In this document: piece after piece, positions 26,879 to 36,753 of the stretch | How the letters are laid out: every line of letters starts with the position of its first letter | Position numbering within the stretch: position 1 is the stretch's first letter | IMG/VR virus record: IMGVR_UViG_3300032265_001645 | Coordinates: 1-57,279 of that record | Source: a virus | Lineage: Duplodnaviria > Caudoviricetes | Reading direction: 5' to 3' (one strand) | DNA: 57,279 bases | Notes under the pieces: model-generated | The model's input: only the letters and a program-made list of their open reading frames with translations | Told to the model about the DNA's origin: nothing | The model's database searches: none | Translations under genes and position numbers: made by a program

Positions 26879-27275
26879 TATCTATATACTTAGAGCCCCA
26901 TCGAAGCGATCTACTTGGAATGTCTATAACATACACCACATCTGGTCTGTATGGCAATTCGCCAACAAGATCCGCAACTGTTGCATATCCGGTGTAATAG
27001 TTAAATGGATTTGTGCCCATATTATCTAAGTCCTCTTGTACTTCACGCATTTCTTTTCGCGTGTATCCAAAACCAGTTAGCTCCATTGAAAAAGGATTGT
27101 TATTAGACCAGCGCCAAAAAGATGCAAGAGATTGCCGGTTATAAGTAACTTCTTCTGTAGGAAGTTTTATTAGCCCGCCAAAAGAAGTTTTAATAATAGG
27201 TTTGCGATCAAGAATACAGTCCAAGGTAACAATAACTCTACTTGGAACTTCGTTTGAAATATCGCCCCCGCGCAT
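26850..27275 (-). CDS. Hypothetical protein, possible degenerate HAD fold
   Basis: VIVTLDCIL at the N-terminus, VYVID near the C-terminus; weak. Confidence 0.45.
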   Translation of the reverse strand: MRGGDISNEVPSRVIVTLDCILDRKPIIKTSFGGLIKLPTEEVTYNRQSLASFWRWSNNNPFSMELTGFGYTRKEMREVQEDLDNMGTNPFNYYTGYATVADLVGELPYRPDVVYVIDIPSRSLRWGSKYIDIGGYSGGRQ

Positions 27276-27278
27276 TTT

Positions 27279-27581
27279 CTAAAGCGCTAACGGTTTTCCA
27301 TATTTTAGGACTAGTTTCCTAAAAGCAGCATTTGACTTTTTTGCTTCGTCAAGTTCTGTCTCAGAGATATCTCCTGAAATAGGTATTGGGTATTCACCAT
27401 TCTTAATTTTAGAACGACACAAGTTTATGTGCCTACAGTTTTTTCGGCCAACGTAACCTTTACAAGTGCACATAAGCTCCGAGGCATGCGAGATCTGAAC
27501 CTCGCATACTTCATCCAGCGTTATAAAAAACTGGATTGTTTTCCAACCTAACATTTTTGTATCACTTGACTTTCTTGCCAC
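27279..27581 (-). CDS. SWIM-type Zn-finger protein
   Basis: CTCKGY....CRHI (CxC...CxH). Confidence 0.75.
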   Translation of the reverse strand: MARKSSDTKMLGWKTIQFFITLDEVCEVQISHASELMCTCKGYVGRKNCRHINLCRSKIKNGEYPIPISGDISETELDEAKKSNAAFRKLVLKYGKPLAL

Positions 27582-28251
27582 GACGACGATCCCCCTTGTC
27601 AGATTCTATAACCAATGGTAGGAAAGCTTCATGGGCAAAGCTACCCATTGATTCTCCATACACGCTTCCCCAATCTTTTAACGGCACGTTTGTCGTTACA
27701 ATTGTTGGAAGACCTGAATTAAAACGTGAACGCAACAGCGCGTCAAATTGGTTTTCTGCCCAGTGATTTGCTGTGCGATATTCTTTACCTAAGTCGTCCA
27801 ACACAAACACCTGAACATTATCGACCTGCTTCTGTGAATCTCCAAAGAGAGCCTTCATATCGTCCGCTAATTCCTCGTTTGCCCAGGAATCCTTCTGTGT
27901 CCTAAGAAGCTTGGGGTAGTCCATAAAACGCCCTAAACGGACTGGGAGTGAAACGGCAGGGGTAAAGATCTCTACTGGAATAGTCCTAATTAGCTCCTGA
28001 AGGGCTACAGAGGCCAGAGTAGTCTTTCCGTGACCTGGTTCTCCTGCCAGCAGTACACCCCACCCGCTACGGGGCTCTCCAGGCCGATTTATGACCATCC
28101 CTTTTTTGACAAGTTCACACCAGTCCATGAGGGCTTCTTTTTCAGCTGAATCGTCGAGATCAGAGAACTCCATTCCAAGGGACTTGGACGGGACTCCGGA
28201 TCGAAGTAATTGATTACGTACACTTGGTCGCTCCCCCTCTAATCCGAACAC
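27562..28251 (-). CDS. DnaC/IstB-like AAA+ helicase loader
   Basis: GEPGHGKT, VLDDLGKE, R.R...LPTIVTTN. Confidence 0.9.
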   Translation of the reverse strand: MFGLEGERPSVRNQLLRSGVPSKSLGMEFSDLDDSAEKEALMDWCELVKKGMVINRPGEPRSGWGVLLAGEPGHGKTTLASVALQELIRTIPVEIFTPAVSLPVRLGRFMDYPKLLRTQKDSWANEELADDMKALFGDSQKQVDNVQVFVLDDLGKEYRTANHWAENQFDALLRSRFNSGLPTIVTTNVPLKDWGSVYGESMGSFAHEAFLPLVIESDKGDRRRGKKVK

Positions 28252-28433
28252 TTATCGCACCGCTTTCTTGTGTCAACCTTATCAATGTCTACTTTAAACG
28301 TTGCGCCGCAAAAAAAACAAAGTACTTGAACTTTTTCAATTACTGTCTGTTCTTTATCATCATCCATTGCTCCGCAAATAGAACAAGTGACTTGACCATC
28401 CAAATCTTTTAGGAAATCGTGTTCGTGGGTCAT
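28239..28433 (-). CDS. Small Zn-finger protein
   Basis: H.H..CSIC, CFFC, CDKC. Confidence 0.55.
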   Translation of the reverse strand: MTHEHDFLKDLDGQVTCSICGAMDDDKEQTVIEKVQVLCFFCGATFKVDIDKVDTRKRCDKCSD

Positions 28434-28600
28434 CTTAATCCCTTTTCCCATTCCACCACATAAAATGCAAATAAACCAATATCTATTGTCCCACCTAAGT
28501 AACTTGTCTCATCCTCAAGATAATCAAAGAAGTCATCGTCCATAACTACAATTGGCAAGTCAAAACCTTTAAGCAATACTCCTTTAAGCATTACGTCCAT
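28430..28600 (-). CDS. Small acidic hypothetical protein
   Basis: Start moved to ATG 28600, downstream of the 28608 stop. Confidence 0.45.
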   Translation of the reverse strand: MDVMLKGVLLKGFDLPIVVMDDDFFDYLEDETSYLGGTIDIGLFAFYVVEWEKGLR

Positions 28601-28607
28601 TTTAAAT

Positions 28608-28742
28608 TCAACCACGTTTTTCCCTACACTCTCTACAAACTTTTTCAGGAATACTGTATACAATTAAGGTCTTGCAATCGGTTGCCCAATTGCCGCAATC
28701 ACTGCAATAGCCTTTTACATCTTTTACTTTTGTTGTGCTCAC
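28608..28742 (-). CDS. Small Zn-finger protein (44 aa), missed by the ORF track
   Basis: GTG start overlapping the upstream TGA; CSDC...C...CREC. Confidence 0.5.
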   Translation of the reverse strand: MSTTKVKDVKGYCSDCGNWATDCKTLIVYSIPEKVCRECREKRG

Positions 28743-29695
28743 TTCTTTCCTTTCAACATCTCAAGCATTGCTGCTTGGTGCTCATCAAACTCATCATTAC
28801 GATACTCGACCGGTACAGATACCGCAAGTCCGTGAACTGTTGGGTAGTAGGCAATAAAACGTTGCCATAAAGGTGTTCCAATTCCAACGTCGTGGAAGTT
28901 ACGGGGATCTGCAAAAAACATCCGCATACCTTTTAGAACTGAAATTCTAGGAACACCCTGTCCATAAAGCTTATTGATCCATTTAATAAGACTAGTTCCG
29001 TTAACTTGACCTGGAGCAGTTATCTTCTTCTCATCAATGAGAGCATAGAACTCTGCCACGATATCTCCGGACTTCCACTCTTCTTCTGGCTTCTCGCCTC
29101 GTGAACGATTATCAGACTCAACCTTAGAAGCTTTGCGCTTGTACTTAACATTTAGCACAGCCTGTTTATCCACAACCTTACCGATACCGCCGACTACGTC
29201 GTCGTTAATCTGACCGCGCTTGGCTTTCTTCTTTGGCTGTGGTTTATCATCCAGCATTGACCAGGACATATCCAGCTCCTTCTTAGTTACGACGCCTTGC
29301 GCGTCGTAAAGACTTAAAGTACGTAGTACTTTAAGGCTTCCTTTACTATTATCTATAGTATTAGTATTGACCGAAACACCGACGTCGGAATTTCGGTCTT
29401 CGGTCCTAGGCAAGTATCCCCAGTTAAAGAGATCTACAAATTTCTTAGCCGGCTCAGTAAACTCCCAGTAAGGATTCCAGGTACCGTTGTCTAAGCGTTC
29501 GCGTTTGAAGGCTAGATATCCTGCTTCTTGCAGTTCATTCATGCCTTTACGAATTGCCCCACGACCTTCGGTGAGAAAGTTGCTCTCGTAGATTTCTTTG
29601 GCAGATAGGGGCCTACCAACAGTTGCTAGAACACCCCATACAGCTTTTGCTACAGCAGATAAAGAGGGGTTGGTTGTTGGAATTGGAAGTTCCAT
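28739..29695 (-). CDS. Replication initiator with N-terminal winged HTH
   Basis: LSAVAKAVW..L...EGRGAIRKGMNELQEAGYL; upstream of the DnaC-like loader and DnaB. Confidence 0.7.
   Translation of the reverse strand: MELPIPTTNPSLSAVAKAVWGVLATVGRPLSAKEIYESNFLTEGRGAIRKGMNELQEAGYLAFKRERLDNGTWNPYWEFTEPAKKFVDLFNWGYLPRTEDRNSDVGVSVNTNTIDNSKGSLKVLRTLSLYDAQGVVTKKELDMSWSMLDDKPQPKKKAKRGQINDDVVGGIGKVVDKQAVLNVKYKRKASKVESDNRSRGEKPEEEWKSGDIVAEFYALIDEKKITAPGQVNGTSLIKWINKLYGQGVPRISVLKGMRMFFADPRNFHDVGIGTPLWQRFIAYYPTVHGLAVSVPVEYRNDEFDEHQAAMLEMLKGKK
29313..29405. repeat. Inverted repeats plus AT-rich tract inside the initiator gene (candidate replication origin)
   Basis: CTTAAAGTAC-gta-GTACTTTAAG; AT-rich 29341-29368; GACCGAAA..CCGACGTCGG..TTTCGGTC plus an extra TTCGGTC. 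Confidence 0.45.
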
Positions 29696-29707
29696 ATGCC
29701 CTCTTTC

Positions 29708-29983
29708 TTAAAGTTTATCTACCCGCTTTGGGAGTCCGCGAAACTCACGAACTGAGATTCCGGTGAAAGTCTGCTCTACTAATAGGGACATTGTCAAACT
29801 GAGGAATGTCACCGCTAAAGAATATACTGGTAGGAATCGTAGACCACATCCTAGAAGTATGCAACTAGGCACGGCCAGGACTAGCGCCACCAATCCTCGC
29901 CACTTATTTAATGAAACAACTAAGCTCTCAATTGCAGTAAGAATAGCTGCAACAGCTAACGAGGATATAAAAAGCGTAGTCAT
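29708..29983 (-). CDS. Small multi-TM membrane protein
   Basis: Three hydrophobic segments; AGGAG RBS before ATG 29983. Confidence 0.6.
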   Translation of the reverse strand: MTTLFISSLAVAAILTAIESLVVSLNKWRGLVALVLAVPSCILLGCGLRFLPVYSLAVTFLSLTMSLLVEQTFTGISVREFRGLPKRVDKL

Positions 29984-29990
29984 AGGACTC

Positions 29991-32900
29991 CTACTGTCTA
30001 AATACAACCCTATCCAGATGGAAGGCTTGTGAAGAGTTAAAGGTAGCAGGAGTAAAGCTTACTGTCAAAATTGCATAGGAGGCACCTTGGGTGGAGTAAG
30101 CAGGCATAACCAGGTTCATAAATGCCCAACGATCTGTGTTGGATATTGTTACAACCTTTTGTCGATAGGTGTCTGTTACGTTTGAATAGGCCCCTGTAAA
30201 TACAGTAGTGATATTGCTGTAGATATAGTTAGTGCCTACAAGACCATAATAAACTGGGATAACCGCCCCTCCAGCGCTGTAATAGTCAATACGAAGCTTA
30301 TAGGTGCCTAATGAGTTAGAGTTTGCTGGTCTTACTGCAATTGAGCTGTAATAACCATTTCCACCAAATACTGGGATCTGTGCGGTGGTGATCCCAAAAG
30401 TTTTATTTTGAGAGCTTCCAGCTGTTGTAATTAAGCAATACGCGGCGCCATGAGTTGCAAAATCCCCAGCAAGAGTTCCTTTAGAAACTACTCTATTTAA
30501 CGTAGAGCTTACACCTGTCCATGTCCCAAGATTTTTTTCAAAAGAAGCTGAGGGAATAAGCGATTTATCTAAATCAGGATAATCTAAAGTAGGGGTACCC
30601 GCCCTAACACACCAAGTAGATTCATGGGGCATAATAAGTGAAAGGGAATTTTTTAATCTAGACATCTTAACGCCATAATTAAAGATATAAGAGCTTTTAC
30701 CGCCATGATTACTCTTAATTTGAGCAGCATAAATATTTGTAGACGGGTTACTTGGATTTGATAAAGTTCCCACACCAGTAGCCGAAGGATTTACAAATTT
30801 TCCAGCAATACGCCCATATTCAGCTTGGGCGCCATCAATAAATACAACGCTAGTAGGAGCTAAAGTATAAGCAAATCCTGTTGGTGGAACTAAAGTTAGA
30901 GACAATGTAAATGAGGTTTCACCCTGTAAAAGTTGACGAACATCGTGAAGCCTAATCCACTGATATTGGTCGTGCTGAACTACTGCAGTTCTTGTTGATG
31001 TTGTTTTTCCAGAACCGTCAGTACCAATCGTATATGTACCCTCAGCACCACGAATATACGCAGATACAACCATATCTTCTCCACCAATAGCGGGGTAAGG
31101 AAGATAAATCGTAGTAGTTAACGTTATACCGGCAGAGCTAAAAGAGTTGTAAGAAACTTGCCCCATACTTGTTCCGTATCTAGGACCAAACACATCCGTA
31201 AATGTGACCAAACCATAGTTACCATCTTTAGTAACAACTCGACCACCACTAGCATTGGTTGTTGAGGAATTAATAGAGAACGTACCCCCAGTAACATTCC
31301 AGTTAGTGGTTGTTTCAAAGCTTGGATTTTGTACTAAGTTGTATACGTTCTTGGTTTCCCAAAAAGTATCATTAGAACTATAAAAATAATCCACTACAGG
31401 ATTGGTTGGGGCCGGGGCGCCATCTCCATCAAAAAATGGCTGGACAGTTGTGCTTGGTAAAAACTGTAAAGCATCAATCCACACAGTTGGTGGGAAGTTT
31501 GCCGCGTTTACGCCGGCGCCAGCCCAAGCGTCTGGGAAGTACAAGGACACCTTTGCCATAGGAGTTCCAGAATCACGAGTGTACTGTGGAGCAATTCCGG
31601 TTACGCTTACTCTGCGTAGTTGGGCAACATATTGTGGGGGCGTTCCAACAAGATATTGATCTACAACTATTGCTTGACCATTTGTTGCGGAAGTAAAGTT
31701 GACAGTAATAGGGGTTATAGTCTTTCCGTAATAAAGGTTTGCAAAGTCTGTTGGCGCAGCTTGACGCTGAACTGTAAATGTATCTGCAGTTGGGGTACTT
31801 GCAACAAAAGCTCCTACAAGGTTATAAGCTGCCGGAGTAAGGCCCGTAATAGTCACAGCTTCCCCCACAGACAAATTATGGCCTACAGATGTGTAGGTAA
31901 TTGTTGTTCCATTGGAGTTTTTAGAAGCGGATGTAATTGGATAAATTGTTGCTGGAGGATTTAAAAACGTACTGTCACCATCTACGTAGTAAGCCGTATT
32001 ATCGTAGTATTGACCGTTAACGTCAGTCAAAATACGGGTTTGTAAGTTTACAGATTCCCTGTTTGAGAATTCAATTCTAGGAATTGCTCGACCAAAATTT
32101 TGATATTCGCTAGAGACGTATCCGCTAAAGGTGTAGTTTTGCCCTGGATTTACGGGAAACCAATCAGAGGTTACATACGCGTTTCCTGCCCCAAGTACTG
32201 TAAGTTCACCAAGGCAAGAACCGTTAAAAATAGCCGTACTGTACACAGTTGGGTCTTGAGCAAATGAGCCATTAGGTGAAGCAGTCCAACCAGTAATGCC
32301 TTCTTCAAATGACGGGTTAGGAAGAAGGTTTTCACGTTCTCCTTGAAGGTACACTCTAACGCGGCGTGCGTCTTCAAATTCAAGGCTTAAAGATGCTTCT
32401 GCAAGTTGAAATAGATCAAATAAAATTGTTACAGCTGGTGATGTTTTTGTAACATTTAAACTTACTGTTGCAAAAACAGCGGTATCTGGGGCAATTTGCC
32501 CATTTCTTCCAGAATCAGATTTAGAGGTAAATTCAGCCCAGGTAGTGCTTATTGTTTGTGTTGAAGATACGGTATTAGAACTAATATAAATACCATTGCT
32601 GTCATACCATTTAAGCTGAACGCTTATTGATGCTCCAGTTGCTAAAGCTTTAATCCACCCAGTAAATAAGTATCTTGTTTTTCCTGTTACTGGAATGCCG
32701 TATAGATTTGCGGCAGAGGTGTTATCAGGTAAAGATGCGGTAGCTGTAAGCGTTGCCGATGGAATTAACCATGTTGCGTAGCCCAAAGCTCTATACGGGT
32801 ACACAGTGTCATAGAGATAGGGTACTGGTGGGGATTGCGGAGCTCCAATATCGGCCGCAGACGTTGCATAGCTTCTTGCGGTTAATGTTCCTGCGCTAAC

Positions 32901-33713
32901 TACCCATCGTCCTACAGATTCTTCAAATGAAGAGTCATTATAGTCAAGCATAAGGTTATGGCCTGTGGTTACTTGCGTACCCAAGTGAGTCAAACCAGTT
33001 ACGTAAGCATTTACAGATTTTGCTGTACCTTTAATATTGTTAATTACATTTCCGGACTTATACAGCGCTCTGTGATAGGTATCTCCTAAAGCAGGTTCAT
33101 AATTAAACCCAAGTTGATCCATCTGAGCTGGAAGCAAACTATTATGAACTGTATAAAGAGATGAGCTTTTTTGAAGAATATCCACTTCCGCTTTTAATTT
33201 GTCGTATGCAAATGTGTAAGCAGAAAGCGTTTTAGTAAGATCTGTTGCATCGTACTCTCCTAACGCTTCACCAATACCGTTAACTGAGTTTAACCAAGCT
33301 TTAGGTAACCATTTTGCAACAAGATCAAATGTATTTGTTTGCTTAACAACAATTGCGTTAGTATCTCCGCAATATATCCATCTAAGCCCGTTAAATAACC
33401 AAATAGAGTAATTTACTTGTTTGTTTTCTGTACCGGCAGCAAAGTCAATATATGAGTTTCTAAACCTGGAGTAAGTGTCCCCATCCATAAGTTCACCATC
33501 AAGAGGGTTGTCAGGCGTACCGCTATAGCTTTTAATTAACCGCCAATGAGTTGGTGCGGGGTCTGCAGGGTCCGCAGTAATAGAGTTCCAGTAAAGAGAT
33601 ACGGTTCCAAAGGTATAAGAAAGCGACCTAATACTAGATGCGTAATAGGTATAGCTAACTTGTCTTTCGCCATATATGGATGCTCCATATACTCCGGCAC
33701 CGTACTTTGCCAT
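29991..33713 (-). CDS. Large baseplate wedge/tail protein with repeated carbohydrate-binding-module-like domains
   Basis: Follows baseplate J; P2 gpI-like segment (LLPAQMDQLGF...KGT); repeated NL(L/V)xNPSFE...W starts typical of CBM-like jelly rolls. Confidence 0.75.
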   Translation of the reverse strand: MAKYGAGVYGASIYGERQVSYTYYASSIRSLSYTFGTVSLYWNSITADPADPAPTHWRLIKSYSGTPDNPLDGELMDGDTYSRFRNSYIDFAAGTENKQVNYSIWLFNGLRWIYCGDTNAIVVKQTNTFDLVAKWLPKAWLNSVNGIGEALGEYDATDLTKTLSAYTFAYDKLKAEVDILQKSSSLYTVHNSLLPAQMDQLGFNYEPALGDTYHRALYKSGNVINNIKGTAKSVNAYVTGLTHLGTQVTTGHNLMLDYNDSSFEESVGRWVVSAGTLTARSYATSAADIGAPQSPPVPYLYDTVYPYRALGYATWLIPSATLTATASLPDNTSAANLYGIPVTGKTRYLFTGWIKALATGASISVQLKWYDSNGIYISSNTVSSTQTISTTWAEFTSKSDSGRNGQIAPDTAVFATVSLNVTKTSPAVTILFDLFQLAEASLSLEFEDARRVRVYLQGERENLLPNPSFEEGITGWTASPNGSFAQDPTVYSTAIFNGSCLGELTVLGAGNAYVTSDWFPVNPGQNYTFSGYVSSEYQNFGRAIPRIEFSNRESVNLQTRILTDVNGQYYDNTAYYVDGDSTFLNPPATIYPITSASKNSNGTTITYTSVGHNLSVGEAVTITGLTPAAYNLVGAFVASTPTADTFTVQRQAAPTDFANLYYGKTITPITVNFTSATNGQAIVVDQYLVGTPPQYVAQLRRVSVTGIAPQYTRDSGTPMAKVSLYFPDAWAGAGVNAANFPPTVWIDALQFLPSTTVQPFFDGDGAPAPTNPVVDYFYSSNDTFWETKNVYNLVQNPSFETTTNWNVTGGTFSINSSTTNASGGRVVTKDGNYGLVTFTDVFGPRYGTSMGQVSYNSFSSAGITLTTTIYLPYPAIGGEDMVVSAYIRGAEGTYTIGTDGSGKTTSTRTAVVQHDQYQWIRLHDVRQLLQGETSFTLSLTLVPPTGFAYTLAPTSVVFIDGAQAEYGRIAGKFVNPSATGVGTLSNPSNPSTNIYAAQIKSNHGGKSSYIFNYGVKMSRLKNSLSLIMPHESTWCVRAGTPTLDYPDLDKSLIPSASFEKNLGTWTGVSSTLNRVVSKGTLAGDFATHGAAYCLITTAGSSQNKTFGITTAQIPVFGGNGYYSSIAVRPANSNSLGTYKLRIDYYSAGGAVIPVYYGLVGTNYIYSNITTVFTGAYSNVTDTYRQKVVTISNTDRWAFMNLVMPAYSTQGASYAILTVSFTPATFNSSQAFHLDRVVFRQ

Positions 33714-33723
33714 TTTTTAAGCC

Positions 33724-34278
33724 CTACATTCCTGACAATAAAAACGGATTAAATGAGGCCGCAGATGTGGCTGCTGTAAGGGCCGCATTTGCAGTACTTG
33801 TAACTGTAGCTACGTTTGCAGTTAAGGTTACGTAGTCTGAGCTGTTAACGTATAGAACGTTGTAAGTTCCTACTTTAGGAATACCATTATAGTCTACGTT
33901 AAACCCGATAGTTCCCGAGCTGTTTTTTGTACTTAGAATAGTACTTAAGTTACCCGCAGCACTTTGTAGAGTAAGGCCAATTAGCTGAGCTCCTGCTGTA
34001 ATTGTGGATCCCCCGCTAAGACCAACATAAGCTGATCCAGAACCTGTTCCGCTTACAAGACCATATTCAATGTTTGCAAGCCTTGCGCTTAAACTGGACC
34101 AAGTGGATGTTTGAACAAACGTTCCTGTATACGCAGAAGTAAGGGGGCTAGTGCCAATCGTGGTCTCTACAGCACGTACCTCATCTTGTAGTGAGTTTAC
34201 ATGATCCGCAAGAATGGTATCTTGAATGTCTACCTTTGCGGTAAAATTACGAACGGATGAGGGAAAGGTAGCTGTCAT
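33724..34278 (-). CDS. Minor tail/fibre-associated protein
   Basis: ATFPSS...ADHVNSLQDEV.A.E..IG motif; baseplate context. Confidence 0.6.
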   Translation of the reverse strand: MTATFPSSVRNFTAKVDIQDTILADHVNSLQDEVRAVETTIGTSPLTSAYTGTFVQTSTWSSLSARLANIEYGLVSGTGSGSAYVGLSGGSTITAGAQLIGLTLQSAAGNLSTILSTKNSSGTIGFNVDYNGIPKVGTYNVLYVNSSDYVTLTANVATVTSTANAALTAATSAASFNPFLLSGM

Positions 34279-34286
34279 TTTTTCTC

Positions 34287-35834
34287 CTATAGATTAATTC
34301 CGCCGCTAATATTAATAACTAAATTAGCTGCTAGTAGGTATGGGATTTGATTTGAATTCAATGCAATAGAAACAGCAGTTGCTGTTGCATCTGTATTACA
34401 TTGAACTATATCTACTGAAGCAACCCCATCAATATTTGACAGAGTAGCAATTACAGAAGATAAGGGTATTGATCGCCCAAATTTATTATTTGTGTAAGAA
34501 AATAATCCTGTAGATGAATCAAGCATGGATTTAAATACTGCTAACTTAACGACGTTTTGACGATAACTTGCATTAATTGCTACATTCACAGTTAAATAAA
34601 TAGGCACATAAGCAGGAGGCAAAACGTTTACAGTTACCCCTACTTGAACTTTATCTGCAAGATATGCTCTAACTTTTGCTGCAAGATTATTCCAAGAATT
34701 AGTAGCAACTCCTGAAACTAAACCTGGGGTAGTAGTTCCATCGTCTTGAGGCTGTGTATACACATTAATTAAACTATAAACCCCAGCCGCAGCGTTTGCA
34801 CGCCCAACTCCATTAACTTGTTCAGAAAGGTATTTATAGTCTAAAAGAGTAACTGCTCTACGACGAGAGATGATCGCAGCTTTAATTTTTTTTCTTAATT
34901 GAGAGACGTTATCCGCATTTGCCCCACCAACTGCCGCAGAAGGGTTAGTTACTGTAAACCAAGTTACAGCTTCAGGGTCAATGTTTCCTGGAATAAATGA
35001 TAGTTCAGAAATAGCTCCTGAGATAATATTTCCATATGTTCCAACGCTAGTTTTATAAAGTGCGCTAATAAGCTGCCCACTTGGTGGGATAGATCCATTA
35101 ACACCGTCACCAAATATAACTGTAAGTGTAGCGTCAGCATTTTGTTGAGTTGTAAAAACAAGGTCAGTTGGGCCATATTCTAAAAGAGTATCTACGTATT
35201 GCCATGGGGCAAATGCAATGCCTTGTCCAACATAAACAGTAAGAGAATCATCAATAATGTCAGTATCAAGAATTTTAATCTGTTGAGAAGACGACCCATC
35301 AGATGTGCCAATGTTTGATGGCAATGCTTGATGATAAACAGCATCAATATAATCTTCACGATCTGTATTTACAGTTTTACCTTCTGTACAAGTAATCGTA
35401 ATAGTTTGGTTTGGTTGAATAGCTGTATATCCGGCATTTGTTTCAAAGTAAGCTTGAGAATAAGGCCCGTAAGTTAATGGGGCCATAACTTGAGTTCCAG
35501 AAGGAAGGTCAATAGTCTGAGAGCTAATATTAGTAAATTGAACGTCTACAGATGAAGGAATGGGTCCTGAAGCTTTAAATCCATATAAAGCCGCAAATCC
35601 TAAAAGGGTGTCTGTTTGAACGGCGGTACTAACTGTAGTTTCATTTGCCACACGGTCGGTGTAATATGACATGATGTCTCCCATCATGGCAAATGCTTCA
35701 AGAAGAACGTTTCCTAAATCTGAGGGGTCACTGGGTACCCAGTTTTTGCCGGTCGTGTAGCTAACTAAAGAGATCATGTCAGCTTTAAGCGACTCGTAGT
35801 CTCTTGATGTGTAATCGATTTGAATTTCGCTCAT
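34287..35834 (-). CDS. Baseplate wedge protein (baseplate J / T4 gp6-like)
   Basis: IDYTSRDYESL, DLG..LLE.FA, FGDGVNG.IP, GGA, RAVTLLDY. Confidence 0.92.
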   Translation of the reverse strand: MSEIQIDYTSRDYESLKADMISLVSYTTGKNWVPSDPSDLGNVLLEAFAMMGDIMSYYTDRVANETTVSTAVQTDTLLGFAALYGFKASGPIPSSVDVQFTNISSQTIDLPSGTQVMAPLTYGPYSQAYFETNAGYTAIQPNQTITITCTEGKTVNTDREDYIDAVYHQALPSNIGTSDGSSSQQIKILDTDIIDDSLTVYVGQGIAFAPWQYVDTLLEYGPTDLVFTTQQNADATLTVIFGDGVNGSIPPSGQLISALYKTSVGTYGNIISGAISELSFIPGNIDPEAVTWFTVTNPSAAVGGANADNVSQLRKKIKAAIISRRRAVTLLDYKYLSEQVNGVGRANAAAGVYSLINVYTQPQDDGTTTPGLVSGVATNSWNNLAAKVRAYLADKVQVGVTVNVLPPAYVPIYLTVNVAINASYRQNVVKLAVFKSMLDSSTGLFSYTNNKFGRSIPLSSVIATLSNIDGVASVDIVQCNTDATATAVSIALNSNQIPYLLAANLVINISGGINL

Positions 35835-36247
35835 TATTGCCTCGTTATAGTTCCGTCATTGCCAAAGATGGCTGTGGTTGTATTTAGACTTGTAGAAATG
35901 CTGCCCGGGACGGTAATAAGTATCTCAATAGAAGCTATACCGTCAAAACCAGGGTTACCTATAATTACTTCATCAATAGTTATATCTGGTAACCAAGTTT
36001 TTGTAGCATTACGAATTGCTTCGGTTACGGCTTTGTTAAAAGTGGTTACATTTCCCGCATTAACAATGTATTCATTTTCAAAAAATGCTCTAGACAAATC
36101 TACCCCATAAGTGGGTCGCATAGGTCTTTGACCAACTTGAGTAGACAAAAGTGTTAGAAGCCGATCTTCATAAATTTTTGAAACTAAATCTGTGGCCCCC
36201 AACACACCAATAGTGTCTAGAGTAAAAGGATAGGATATGTAACTCAT
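35834..36247 (-). CDS. Baseplate wedge gp25/GpW-like protein
   Basis: LLST..GQRPMRPTYG...W.P.I. Confidence 0.88.
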   Translation of the reverse strand: MSYISYPFTLDTIGVLGATDLVSKIYEDRLLTLLSTQVGQRPMRPTYGVDLSRAFFENEYIVNAGNVTTFNKAVTEAIRNATKTWLPDITIDEVIIGNPGFDGIASIEILITVPGSISTSLNTTTAIFGNDGTITRQ

Positions 36248-36753
36248 GGCCTCACTCCAATCCAGATAGGGTATTCAGGGTCTCCAGCAACAAACATGAT
36301 CCAAACTTCTTGACCAACTCTAGGGATAAGTCTATGGGGTGTATGCTCATCTGTCGTGTTAGTCTCTTGCGAATCGTTCCAAAATTCAGTTGAATTAAAG
36401 TCCGTTTTATGAGAATGCTTTAAAGTGTTAGAGTTTTTAGCCACCACGGTTAATGCTGGTACCGTTGCAGAGTCCCCCCTAGAATCCGTAATACCTACTG
36501 AAGTAGTGGTTAGTAGGGCCGCTATTTGGGAAGCCGTATGCTCTGTATGATCCGGATGATTTGAGTTACTAGTTATTGGAAGGCAAGCCTCTGCCCAGTT
36601 AGTTTTTGAGGTCCCAAAAGGCTGGTCAACAGTAACTTTAATTCTATATTTTTTAAGGGGATCTTTTATATCAATAACTTTTCCAGAATAAATGCCCCAA
36701 AATCTGTGCCTTCCAAGGGGGTCAATACCATAATCAATTTCATTATTACTCAT
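36244..36753 (-). CDS. Baseplate spike gp5/GpV OB-fold protein with internal His-rich insertion
   Basis: GIYSGKVID.KDP...RIKV...WA..C and IPRVGQEVWIMF..GDPEYPIWIG. Confidence 0.85.
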   Translation of the reverse strand: MSNNEIDYGIDPLGRHRFWGIYSGKVIDIKDPLKKYRIKVTVDQPFGTSKTNWAEACLPITSNSNHPDHTEHTASQIAALLTTTSVGITDSRGDSATVPALTVVAKNSNTLKHSHKTDFNSTEFWNDSQETNTTDEHTPHRLIPRVGQEVWIMFVAGDPEYPIWIGVRP

